In this document: positions 1-12,827 of the stretch, in pieces | Layout: every line of letters starts with the position of its first letter | Position numbering within the stretch: position 1 is the stretch's first letter | From: the human T2T-CHM13v2.0 reference genome, Homo sapiens | Direction: 5' to 3' (one strand) | Length of the DNA stretch: 64,000 nt | Assembly: GCF_009914755.1 (NCBI RefSeq) | Contig: NC_060933.1 | Notes under the pieces: generated by a model | The model's database searches: none | What the model was told of the DNA's origin: nothing | What the model saw: only the letters and a program-made list of their open reading frames with translations | Made by a program: the position numbers and the translations under genes

Positions 1-342
1 TGGAATGGAGTGGAATGGAATGGAATGGAATGGAACAACCCGAATGGAATGGAATGTAATGGAGAGTAAGGGAGTTGAATAGAATCAATCCGAATGTAAT
101 GGAATGGAATGGAACGGAATGGAATTGAATGGAATGGAATGGAATGCAATGGAATGGAATCAACCCGAGTGCAATGGAATGGAGAGGAATGGAATGGAAT
201 GGAATGGAAACTACCCGAATGGAATGGAATGTAATGGAGTGTAAGGGAATTGAATAGAATCAATCCGAATGTAATGGAATGGAATGGAACGGAATGGAAT
301 GGAATGGAATGCAATGGAATGGAATGGAATGCAATGGAATGG

Positions 343-500
343 AATCAACCCGAGTGCAATCGAATGGAATCGAATGGAATGGAATGCAATGGAATGGATT
401 CAACTTGAATGGAATGGAAAGAATGGAATCAACACGAGTGGAATGGCATGGATTGGAATGCAATGGAATGGAATCAACCCGAGTACAGTGGAATGGAATG
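343..500 (+). repeat. pHuR98-like SatIII module (representative copy; recurs many times), suggesting the chromosome 9q12 HSat3 subfamily
   Basis: Seen: AATCAACCCGAGTGCAATCGAATGGAATCG at 343-372, followed by TTCAACTTGAA, CAACACGAGT, GGCATGGATT and CCGAGTACAG. Recalled: this 30-mer is the Hur98 primer sequence used for 9q12 SatIII RNA. Not verified by alignment. Confidence 0.65.
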
Positions 501-784
501 GAATGGAATGCAATGGAATGGAACCATCCGTAATGGAATGGAAAGGAATGGAATGGTATGGAATGGAATGGAATGGAATGGATTGGAATCAACACGATTG
601 CAATAGAATGGAATGGAATGGAATTAACCCAAATAGAATGGAATGGAATGGAATGGAACGGAACGGAATGGAATGGAATGGAATGGAATGGAATGGAACG
701 GAACGGAATGGAATGGAATGGAATGGAATGGAATGGAATCAACGCGAGTGCAGGGGAATGGAATGTAATGGAATGCAATGGAAT

Positions 785-799
785 GGAATCTTCCGGAAT
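785..799. promoter_or_regulatory. Perfect 3-unit heat shock element nGAAnnTTCnnGAAn (representative of about 39 copies)
   Basis: Seen: gGAAt cTTCc gGAAt at 785-799. The same module occurs at 1434, 1524, 3961 (cTTCt), 4829, 5473, 6063, 11625, 15400 (aGAAt), 20871, 22634, 37996, 49251, 57227, 61623 and elsewhere. It matches the established HSF1 trimer consensus. Confidence 0.6.
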
Positions 800-1252
800 G
801 GAATGGAATGGAATGGAATGGAATCAACCCGAGTGCAATGGAATGGAGTGGAATGGAATGGAATGGAATGGAACAACCCGAATGGAATGGAATGTAATGG
901 AGAGTAAGGGAGTTGAATAGAATCAATCCGAATGTAATGGAATGGAATGGAAAGGAATGGAATTGAATGGAATGGAATGGAATGCAATGGAATGGAATCA
1001 ACCCGAGTGCAATGGAATGGAGAGGAATGGAATGGAATGGAGTGGAAACTACCCGAATGGAATGGAATGTAATGGAGTGTAAGGGAATTGAATAGAATCA
1101 ATCCGAATATAATGGAAAGGAATGGAACGGAATGGAATGGAATGGAATGGAATGGAATGGAATGGAATGGAATGGAATGCAATGGAAAGGATTCAACCCG
1201 AGTGCAATCGAATGGAATCGAATGGAATGGAATGCAATGGAATGGAATCAAC

Positions 1253-1266
1253 TCGATTGCAATCGA
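1253..1266. other. Perfect 14-bp palindrome TCGATTGCAATCGA (representative of about 37 copies)
   Basis: The sequence equals its own reverse complement. Also seen at 2146, 5292, 5862, 8688, 9268, 14141, 17546, 22403, 31082, 44502, 51971, 63958 and elsewhere. Confidence 0.9.
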
Positions 1267-3079
1267 ATGGAATGGAATGGAATTAACCCGAATAGAATGG
1301 AATGGAATGGAATGGAAAGGAACGGAATGGAATGGAATGGAATGGAATGGAATGGAATGGAACGGAACGGAATGGAATGGAATGGAATCAACGCGAGTGC
1401 AGGGGAATGGAATGGAATGGAATGCAATGGAATGGAATCTTCCGGAATGGAATGGAATGGAATGGAATGGAATGGAATCAACGCGAGTGCAGGGGAATGG
1501 AATGGAATGGAATGTAATGGAATGGAATCTTCCGGAATGGAATGGAATGGAAAGGAATCAACCCGAGTGCAATGGAATGGAGTGGAATGGAATGGAATGG
1601 AATGGAACAACCCGAATGGAATCGAATGTAATGGAGAGTAAGGGAGTTGAATAGAATCAATCCGAATGTAATGGAATGGAATGGAACGGAATGGAATTGA
1701 ATGGAATGGAATGGAATGCAATGGAATGGAATCAACCCGAGTGCAATGGAATGGAGAGGAATGGAATGGAATGGAGTGGAAACTACCCGAATGGAATGGA
1801 ATGTAATGGAGTGTAAGGGAATTGAATAGAATCAATCCGAATGGAATGGAATGGAATGGAACGGAATGGAATGGAATGGAATGGAATGGAATGGAATGGA
1901 ATCAACCCGAGTGCAATCGAATGGAATCGAATGGAATAGAATGCAATGGAATGGATTCAACTTGAATGGAATGGAAAGAATGGAATCAACACGAGTGGAA
2001 TGGCATGGATTGGAATGGAATGGAATGGAATCAACCCGAGTACAGGGGAATGGAATGCAATGGAATGGAATCATCCGTAATGGAATGGAAAGGAATGGAA
2101 TGGAATGGAATGGAATGGAATGGAATGGAATGGAATGGAATCAACTCGATTGCAATCGAATGGAATGGAATGGAATTAACCCGAATAGAATGGAATGGAA
2201 TGGAAAGGAATGGAACGGAATGGAATGGAATGGAACGGAACGGAATGGAATGGAATGGAATGGAATGGAATGGAATGGAATGGATTCAACGCGAGTGCAG
2301 GGGAATGGAATGGAATTGAATGCAATGGAATGGAATCCTCCGGAATGGAATGGAATGGAATGGAATGGAATGGAATGAAATGCAATGGATTCAACTCGAT
2401 TGCAATGGAATGGAATAGAATGGAATGGAATGGAATGGAATGGAATTAATCCGAATAGAATGGAATGGAATGCAATGGAACTGAATGGAACGGAATGGAA
2501 TGGAATGGAATGGAATGGAATGGTATGGAATGGAATGAAATGGTACGGAATAGAATGGAATGGAACGAATTGTAATGGAATGGAATTGAATGGAATGGAA
2601 TGGAATCAACGCGAGTGCAGGGGAATGTAATGGAACAGAATGCAATGGAATGGAATCATCCGGAATGGAATGGAATGGAATGGAATGGAATCAACCCGAG
2701 TACAATGGAATGGAATGGAATGGAATGGAATGGAATGGAATGGAATGCCTTCAAACCGAATGGAATGGAAAGGAATGGAATCAAAACGAGTGGAATGGAA
2801 TGGAATGGAATGGAATGGAATGGAATGGAATGGAATGATACGGAATAGAATGGAATGGAACGAAATGGAATGGAATGGAATGGAATGGAATGGAATGGAA
2901 TCGTTCCGAGTGGAATAGGAAGGAATGTATTCGAGTGGAATGGAAAGGAATGGAATCAACCAGAGTGCAATGGAAGGGAATGGAATGGAATGGAAACTAA
3001 TAGAATGGAATCAACCCGAGTGGAATGGAATGGAAAGGACTGGAATGGAATGGAATGGAATGGAATGGAATGGAATCAA

Positions 3080-6000
3080 CTCGATTGTAATGGAATGGAA
3101 TGGAATGGAATGGAATGGAATTAACCTGAATACAATGGAATGGAATGGAATGGAACGGAATGGAGTGGAATGGAATGGAATCAACCCGAGTGCAGGGGAA
3201 TGGAATGGAATGGAATGCAATGGAATGGAATCATCCGGAATGGAATGGAATGGAATGGAATGCAAAGCAATGGAATCAACTCGATTGCAATGGAATGGAA
3301 TGGAATGGAAAAGAATACATTGGAATCAACCCGAGTGGAATGGAATGGAAAGGACTGGAATGGAGTGGAATGGAATGGAATGGAATCAACTCGATTGGAA
3401 TGGAATGGAATGGAATGGAATGGAATTAACCCGAATAGAATGGAATGGAATGGAATGGAATGGAACGGAACGGAACGGAATGGAATGGAATGGAATGGAA
3501 TGGAATGGAATCAACCCGACTGCAGGGGAATGGAATGGAATGGAGTGCAATGTAATGGATTCAACTTGAATGGAATGCAAAGAATGGAATCAACACGAGT
3601 GGAATGGCATGGATTGGAATGGAATGGAATGGAATCAACCCGAGTACAGGGGAATGGAATGGAATGGAATGCAATGGAATGGAATCATCCGTAATGGAAT
3701 GGAAAGGAATGGAATGGAATGGAATGGAATGGAATGGAATGGAATGGAATCAACTCGAATGCAGTTGAATGGAATGGAATGGAATTAACCCGAATAGAAT
3801 GGAATGGAATGGAATGGAACGGAACGGAACGGAACGGAATGGCATGGAATGGAATGGAATGGAACGGAAAGGAATGGAATGGAATGGAATGGAATGGAAT
3901 GGAATGGAATGGAATGAACGCGAGTGCAGGGGAATGGAATGGAATGGAATGCAATGGAATGGAATCTTCTGGAATGGAATGGAATGGAATGGAATGGAAT
4001 GGAATGGAATGGAATAAACCCGAGTGCAATGGAATGGAGTGGAATGGAATGGAATGGAATGGAATAACCCGAATGGAATGGAATGTAATGGAGAGTAAGG
4101 GAGTTGAATAGAATCAATCCGAATGTAATGGAATGGAATGGAACGGAATGGAATTGAATGGAATGGAATGGAATGCAATGGAATGGAATCAACCCGAGTG
4201 CAATGGAATGGAGAGGAATGGAATGGAATGGAATGGAAACTACCCGAATGGAATGGAATGTAATGGAGTGTAAGGGAATTGAATAGAATCAATCCGAATG
4301 TAATGGAATGGAATGGAACGGAATGGAATGGAATGGAATGCAATGGAATGGAATGGAATGCAATGGAATGGAATCAACCCGAGTGCAATCGAATGGAATC
4401 GAATGGAATGGAATGCAATGGAATGGATTCAACTTGAATGGAATGGAAAGAATGGAATCAACACGAGTGGAATGGCATGGATTGGAATGCAATGGAATGG
4501 AATCAACCCGTGTACAGTGGAATGGAATGGAATGGAACGCAATGGAATGGAACCATCCGTAATGGAATAGAAAGGAATGGAATGGTATGGAATGGAATGG
4601 AATGGAATGGATTGGAATCAACACGATTGCAATAGAATGGAATGGAATGGAATTAACCCAAATAGAATGGAATGGAATGGAATGGAACGGAACGGAATGG
4701 AATGGAATGGAATGGAATGGAATGGAATGGAACGGAACGGAACGGAATGGAATGGAATGGAATGGAATGGAATGGAATGGAATCAACGCGAGTGCAGGGG
4801 AATGGAATGTAATGGAATGCAATGGAATGGAATCTTCCGGAATGGAATGGAATTGAATGGAATGGAATCAACCCGAGTGCAATGGAATGTAGTGGAATGG
4901 AATGGAATGGAATGGAACAATCCGAATGGAATGGAATGTAATAGAGAGTAAGGGAGTTGAATAGAATCAATCCGAAAGTAATGGAATGGAATTGAAAGGA
5001 ATGGAATTGAATGGAATGGAATGGAATGCAATGGAATGGAATCAACCCGAGTGCAATGGAATGGAGAGGAATGGAATGGAATGGAGTGGAAACTACCCGA
5101 ATGGAATGGAATGTAATGGAGTGTAAGGGAATTGAATAGAATCAATCCGAATATAATGGAAAGGAATGGAACGGAATGGAATGGAATGGAATGGAATGGA
5201 ATGGAATGGAATGGAATGCAATGGAAAGGAATCAACCTGAGTGCAATCGAATGGAATCGAATGGAATGGAATGCAATGGAATGGAATCAACTCGATTGCA
5301 ATCGAATGGAATGGAATGGAATTAACCCGAATAGAATGGAATGGAATGGAATGGAAAGGAACGGAATGGAATGGAATGGAATGGAATGGAATGGAATGGA
5401 ACGGAACGGAATGGAATGGAATGGAATCAACGCGAGTGAAGGGGAATGGAATGGAATGGAATGCAATGGAATGGAATCTTCCGGAATGGAATGGAATGGA
5501 ATGGAAAGGAATGGAATGCAATGGATTCAACTCGATTGCAATGGAATGGAATAGAATGGAATGGAATGGAATGGAATGGAATTAACCCGAATACAATTGA
5601 ATGGAATGCAATGGAACGGAATGTAATGGAATGGAATGGAATGGAATGGAATGGTATGGAATGGAATGGAATGGTACGGAATAGAATGGAATGTAACGAA
5701 TTGTAATGGACTGGAATTGAATGGAATGGAATGGAATTAACGCGAGTGCAGGGGAATGTAATGGAACGGAATGCAATGGAATGGAATCATCCGTAATGGA
5801 ATGGAAAGGAATGGAATGGAATGGAATGGAATGGAATGGAATGGAATGGAATGGAATCACCTCGATTGCAATCGAATGGAATGGAATGGAATTAACCCGA
5901 ATAGAATGGAATCAAATGGAACGGAACGGAACGGAACGGCACGGAATGGAATGGAATGGAATGGAACGGAACGGAACGGAATGGAATGGAATGGAATGGA

Positions 6001-9000
6001 ATGGAATGGAATGGAATCAACGCGAGTGCAGGGGAATGGAATGGAATGGAATGCAATGGAATGGAATCTTCCGGAATGGAATGGAATGGAATGAAATGGT
6101 TTCAACTCGATTGCAATGGAATGGAATAGAATGGAATGGAATGGAATGGAATGGAATTAACCCGAATAAAATGGAATGGATTGGAATGGAACGGAACGGA
6201 ACGGAACGGAATGGAATGGAACGGAATGGAATGGAATGGAACGGTATGGAATGGTATGGAATGGTACGGAATAGAATGGAATGGAAAGAATTGGAATGGA
6301 ATGGAAAGGAATGGAATGGAATGGAATGGAATCAACCCGAGTGCAGGGGAATGTAATGGAACGGAATGTAATCGAATGCAATCATCCGGAATGGAATGGA
6401 ATGGAATGGAATGGAAAGGAATGGAATGGAACCAACTCGATTGTGATGGAATGGAATGGAATGGAATGGAATGGAATGGAATGGAATTAACTCGAATACA
6501 ATGGAATGGAATGGAATGGAACGGAATGGAGTGGAATGGAATGGAATCAACCCGAGTGCAGGGGAATGGAATGGAATGGAATGCAATGGAATGGAATCAT
6601 CCGGAATGGAATGGAATGCAAAGAAATGGAATCAACTCGATTGCAATGGAATGGAATGGAATGGAAAGGAATACATTGGAATCAACCCGAGTGGAATGGA
6701 ATGGAAAGGACTGGAATGGAGTGGAATGGAATGGAATGGAATGGAATGGAATCAACTCGATTGGAATGGAATGGAATGGAATGGAATGGAATGGAATTAA
6801 CCCGAATAGAATGGAATGGAATGGAATGGAATGGAACGGAAGGGAACGGAATGGAATCGAATGGAATTGAATGGAATGGAATGGAATCAACCCGACTGCA
6901 GGGGAATGGAATGGAATGGAATGCAATGGAATGGATTCATCTTGAATGGAATGGAAAGAATGGAATCAACACGAGTGGAATGGCATGGATTGGAATGGAA
7001 TGGAATGGAATAAACCCGAGTACAGGGGAATGGAATGGAATGGAATGCAATGGAATGGAATCATCCGTAATGGAATGGAAAGGAATGGAATGGAATGGAA
7101 GGGAATGGAATGGAATGGAATGGAATGGAATGGAATCAACTCGAATGCAGTCGAATGGAATGGAATGGAATTAACCCGAATAGAATGGAATGGAATGGAA
7201 CGGAACGGAACGGAACGGAACGGAATGGCATGAAATGGAATGGAATGCAATGGAATGGAACGGAAAGGAATGGAATGGAATGGAATGGAATGGAATGGAA
7301 TGGAATGGAATGAACGCGAGTGCAGGGGAATGGAATGGAATGGAATGCAATGGAATGGAATCATCTGGAATGGAATGGAATGGAATGGAATGGAATGGAA
7401 TGGAATGGAATGGAATAAACCCGAGTGCAATGGAATGGAGTGGAATGGAATGGAATGGAATGGAACAACCCGAATGGAATGGAATGTAATGGAGAGTAAG
7501 GGAGTTGAATAGAATCAATCCGAATGTAATGGAATGGAATGGAACGGAATGGAATTGAATGGAATGGAATGGAATGCAATGGAATGGAATCAACCCGAGT
7601 GCAATGGAATGGAGAGGAATGGAATGGAATGGAATGGAAACTACCCGAATGGAATGGAATGTAATGGAGTGTAAGGGAATTGAATAGAATCAATCCGAAT
7701 GTAATGGAATGGAATGCAACGGAATGGAATGGAATTGAATGGAATGGAATGGAATGGAATGGAATGCAATGGAATGGAATCAACCCGAGTGCAATCGAAT
7801 GGAATCGAATGGAATGGAATGCAATGGAATGGATTCAACTTGAATGGAATGGAAAGAATGGAATCAACACGAGTGGAATGGCATGGATTGGAATGCAATG
7901 GAATGGAATCAACCCGAGTACAGTGGAATGGAATGGAATGGAATGCAATGGAATGGAACCATCCGTAGTGGAATGGAAAGGAATGGAATGGAATGGAATG
8001 GAATGGAATGGAATCAACACGATTGCAATAGAATGGAATGGAATGGAATTAACCCAAATAGAATGGAATGGAATGGAATGGAAAGGAACGGAATGGAATG
8101 GAATGGAATGGAATGGAATGGAACGGAACGGAATGGAATGTAATGTAATGTAATGTAATGGAATGGAGTGGAATCAACGCGAGTGCAGGGGAATGGAATG
8201 GAATGGAATGCAATGGAATGGAATCTTCTGGAATGGAATGGAATGGAATGGAATGGAATGGAATCAACCCGAGTGCAATGGAATGGAGTGGAATGGAATG
8301 GAATGGAATGGAACAACCCGAATGGAATCGAATGTAATGGAGAGAAAGGGAGTTGAATAGAATCAATCGGAATGTAATGGAATGGAATGGAAAGGAATGG
8401 AATTGAATGGAATGGAATGGAATGCAATGGAATGGAATCAACCCGAGTGCAATGGAATGGAGAGGAATGGAATGGAATGGAGTGGAAACTACCCGAATGG
8501 AATGGAATGTAATGGAGTGTAAGGGAATTGAATAGAATCAATCCGAATATAATGGAAAGGAATGGAACGGAATGGAATGGAATGGAATGGAATGGAATGG
8601 AATGGAATGGAATGCAATGGAAAGGAATCAACCCGAGTGCAATCGAATGGAATCGAATGGAATGGAATGCAATGGAATGGAGTCAACTCGATTGCAATCG
8701 AATGGAATGGAATGGAATTAACCCGAATAGAATGGAATGGAATGGAATGGAAAGGAACGGAACGGAATGGAATGGAATGGAATGGAATGGAATGGAATGG
8801 AATGGAACGGAACGGAATGGAATGGAATGGAATCAACGCGAGTGCAGGGGAATGGAATGGAATGGAATGCAATGGAATGGAATCTTCCTGAATGGAATGG
8901 AATGGAATGGAATGGAATGGAATGCAATGGATTCAACTCGATTGCAATGGAATGGAATGGAATGGAATGGAATGGAATGGAATGGAATTAACCCGAATAC

Positions 9001-12000
9001 AATGGAATGGAATGCAGTGGAACGGAATGGAACGGAATGGAATGGAATGGAATGGAACGGAATGGTATGGAATGGAATGGAATGGTACGGAATAGAATGG
9101 AATGTAACGAATTGTAATGGAATGGAATTGAATGGAATGGAATGGAATCAACGCGAGTGCAGGGGAATGTAATGGAACGGAATGCAATGGAATGGAATCA
9201 TCCGGAATGGAATGGAATGGAATGGAATGGAATGGAATGGAATGGAATGGAATGGAATGGAATCACCTCGATTGCAATCGAATGGAATGGAATGGAATTA
9301 ACCCGAATAGAATGGAATCAAATGGAACGGAACGGAACGGAACGGCACGGAATGGAATGGAATGGAATGGAACGGAACGGAACGGAATGGAATGGAATGG
9401 AATGGAATGGAATGGAATGGAATCAACGCGAGTGCAGGGGAATGGAATGGAATGGAATGCAATGGAATGGAATCTTCCGGAATGGAATGGAATGGAATGA
9501 AATGGTTTCAACTCGATTGCAATGGAATGGAATAGAATGGAATGGAATGGAATGGAATGGAATTAACAAGAATAAAATGGAATGGATTGGAATGGAACGG
9601 AACGGAACGGAACGGAATGGAATGGAACGGAATGGAATGGAATGGAACGGTATGGAATGGTATGGAATGGTACGGAATAGAATGGAATGGAAAGAATTGG
9701 AATGGAATGGAAAGGAATGGAATGGAATGGAATGGAATCAACCCGAGTGCAGGGGAATGTAATGGAACGGAATGTAATCGAATGCAATCATCCGGAATGG
9801 AATGGAATGGAATGGAATGGAAAGGAATGGAATGGAACCAACTCGATTGTGATGGAATGGAATGGAATGGAATGGAATGGAATGGAATGGAATTAACTCG
9901 AATACAATGGAATGGAATGGAATGGAACGGAATGGAGTGGAATGGAATGGAATCAACCCGAGTGCAGGGAAATGGAATGGAATGGAATGCAATGGAATGG
10001 AATCATCCGGAATGGAATGGAATGGAATGGAATGCAAAGCAATGGAATCAACTCGATTGCAATGGAATGGAATGGAATGGAAAGGAATACATTGGAATCA
10101 ACCCGAGTGGAATGGAATGGAAAGGACTGGAATGGAGTGGAATGGAATGGAATGGAATGGAATGGAATCAACTCGATTGGAATGGAATGGAATGGAATGG
10201 AATGGAATGGAATTAACCCGAATAGAATGGAATGGAATGGAATGGAATGGAACGGAACGGAACGGAATGGAATCGAATGGAATTGAATGGAATGGAATGG
10301 AATCAACCCGACTGCAGGGGAATGGAATGGAATGGAATGCAATGGAATGGATTCATCTTGAATGGAATGGAAAGAATGGAATCAACACGAGTGGAATGGC
10401 ATGGATTGGAATGGAATGGAATGGAATCAACCCGAGTACAGGGGAATGGAATGGAATGGAATGCAATGGAATGGAATCATCCGTAATGGAATGGAAAGGA
10501 ATGGAATGGAATGGAAGGGAATGGAATGGAATGGAATGGAATGGAATGGAATCAACTCGAATGCAGTCGAATGGAATGGAATGGAATTAACCCGAATAGA
10601 ATGGAATGGAATGGAACGGAACGGAACGGAACGGAACGGAATGGCATGAAATGGAATGGAATGCAATGGAATGGAACGGAAAGGAATGGAATGGAATGGA
10701 ATGGAATGGAATGGAATGGAATGAACGCGAGTGCAGGGGAATGGAATGGAATGGAATGCAATGGAATGGAATCTTCTGGAATGGAATGGAATGGAATGGA
10801 ATGGAATGGAATGGAATGGAATAAACCCGAGTGCAATGGAATGGAGTGGAATGGAATGGAATGGAATGGAACAACCCGAATGGAAGGAATGTAATGGAGA
10901 GTAAGGGAGTTGAATAGAATCAATCCGAATGTAATGGAATGGAATGGAACGGAATGGAATTGAATGGAATGGAATGGAATGCAATGGAATGGAATCAACC
11001 CGAGTGCAATGGAATGGAGAGGAATGGAATGGAATGGAATGGAAACTACCCGAATGGAATGGAATGTAATGGAGTGTAAGGGAATTGAATAGAATCAATC
11101 CGAATGTAATGGAATGGAATGGAACGGAATGGAATGGAATTGAATGGAATGGAATGGAATGGAATGGAATGCAATGGAATGGAATCAACCCGAGTGCAAT
11201 CGAATGGAATCGAATGGAATGGAATGCAATGGAATGGATTCAACTTGAATGGAATGGAAAGAATGGAATCAACACGAGTGGAATGGCATGGATTGGAATG
11301 CAATGGAATGGAATCAACCCGAGTACAGTGGAATGGAATGGAATGGAATGCAATGGAATGGAACCATCCGTAGTGGAATGGAAAGGAATGGAATGGAATG
11401 GAATGGAATGGAATGGAATCAACACGATTGCAATAGAATGGAATGGAATGGAATTAACCCAAATAGAATGGAATGGAATGGAATGGAACGGAACGGAATG
11501 GAATGGAATGGAATGGAATGGAATGGAACGGAACGGAATGGAATGGAATGGAATGGAATGGAATGGAATGGAATGGAATCAACGCGAGTGCAGGGGAATG
11601 GAATGGAATGGAATGCAATGGAATGGAATCTTCCGGAATGGAATGGAATGGAATGGAATCAACCCGAGTGCAATTGAATGGAGTGGAATGGAATGGAATG
11701 GAATGGAACAACCCGAATGGAATCGAATGTAATGGAGAGAAAGGGAGTTGAATAAAATCAATCCGAATGTAATGGAATGGAATGGAAAGGAATGGAATTG
11801 AATGGAATGGAATGGAATGCAATGGAATGGAATCAACCCGAGTGCAATGGAATGGAGAGGAATGGAATGGAATGGAGTGGAAACTACCCGAATGGAATGG
11901 AATGTAATGGAGTGTAAGGGAATTGAATAGAATCAATCCGAATATCATGGAAAGGAATGGAACGGAATGGAATGGAATGGAATGGAATGGAATGGAATGG

Positions 12001-12600
12001 AATGGAATGCAATGGAAAGGAATCAACCCGAGTGCAATCGAATGGAATCGAATGGAATGGAATGCAATGGAATGGAGTCAACTCGATTGCAATCAAATGG
12101 AATGGAATGGAATTAACCCGAATAGAATGGAATGGAATGGAATGGAAAGGAACGGAATGGAATGGAATGGAATGGAATGGAATGGAATGGAATGGAACGG
12201 AACGGAATGGAATGGAATGGAATCAACGCGAGTGCAGGGGAATGGAATGGAATGGAATGCAATGGAATGGAATCTTCCGGAATGGAATGGAATGGAATGG
12301 AATGGAATGGAATGCAATGGATTCAACTCGATTGCAATGGAATGGAATGGAATGGAATGGAATGGAATGGAATTAACCAGAATACAATGGAATGGAATGC
12401 AGTGGAACGGAATGGAACGGAATGGAATGGAATGGAATGGAACGGAATGGTATGGAATGGAATGGAATGGTACGGAATAGAATGGAATGTAACGAATTGT
12501 AATGGAATGGAATTGAATGGAATGGAATGGAATCAACGCGAGTGCAGGGGAATGTAATGGAACGGAATGCAATGGAATGGAATCATCCGGAATGGAATGG
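3080..12600 (+). repeat. ~3.4-kb higher-order unit in about 2.8 tandem copies (boundaries approximate)
   Basis: ORF and marker offsets: 4308/7714/11119 (3406, 3405), 5132/8528/11923 (3396, 3395), 5857/9263 and 6136/9542 (3406). Markers include ATCACCTCG, GGTTTCAACTCG, ACCAACTCGATTGTGAT, GAATGAACGCGAG and GGAATAAACCCGAG. Confidence 0.9.
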
Positions 12601-12827
12601 AATGGAATGGAATGGAAAAGAATGGAATCAACCCGAATGCAATGGAGTGGAGTGGAATGGAATGGAATGGAATGGAACAACCCGAATGGAATGGAATGTA
12701 ATGGAGAGTAAGGGAGTTGAATAGAATCAATCCGAATGTAATGGAATGGAATGCAACGGAATGGAATGGAATGGAATGCAATGGAATGCAATCAACCCGA
12801 GTACAATGGAATGGAATGGAATGGAAT

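Larger units (their letters stand above)
1..1445 (+). repeat. Block paralogous to ~4030-5485 (offset 4029-4044)
   Basis: Shared private variants: GTACAGTGG, GAACCATCCG, AACACGATTGCAATAG, AACCCAAATAG, CCGAATATAATGGAAAGG. ORF pairs 279/4308, 624/4653 and 1088/5132. Confidence 0.85.

Noticed and set aside
63-71. Splice-donor-like AGA|GTAAGG (and AGT|GTAAGG) in the recurring module, plus scattered AATAAA hexamers (e.g. 4013, 9571, 11751)
   Set aside because: The + strand has no polypyrimidine tract or acceptor and no GU/U-rich downstream element. AATAAA arises by single changes from spacer or pentamer sequence. There is no support for real processing signals.
2901-2936. The most complex spacer, TCGTTCCGAGTGGAATAGG(A/G)GGAATGTATTCGAGT, as a foreign insert or HSE
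   Set aside because: It stays in pentamer register and is derivable from GGAAT and decamer variants. Its GAA-TTC spacings (3 and 4 nt) do not fit the 2-nt HSE geometry.
3037-3041. Recurrent GGACT (DRACH m6A consensus) in the AAAGGACTGG module
   Set aside because: It is a single-base variant of GGAAT and a 5-mer expected by chance. Nothing in the sequence indicates selection or use.
3080-12600. Yq12 DYZ1 (3.4-3.6-kb HSat3 unit) as the source, suggested by the 3.4-kb period
   Set aside because: The period is local and breaks down after ~17 kb. The pentamers here are much purer and the spacer set is pHuR98-like, whereas DYZ1 is a regular, more diverged unit. Not formally excluded without alignment.
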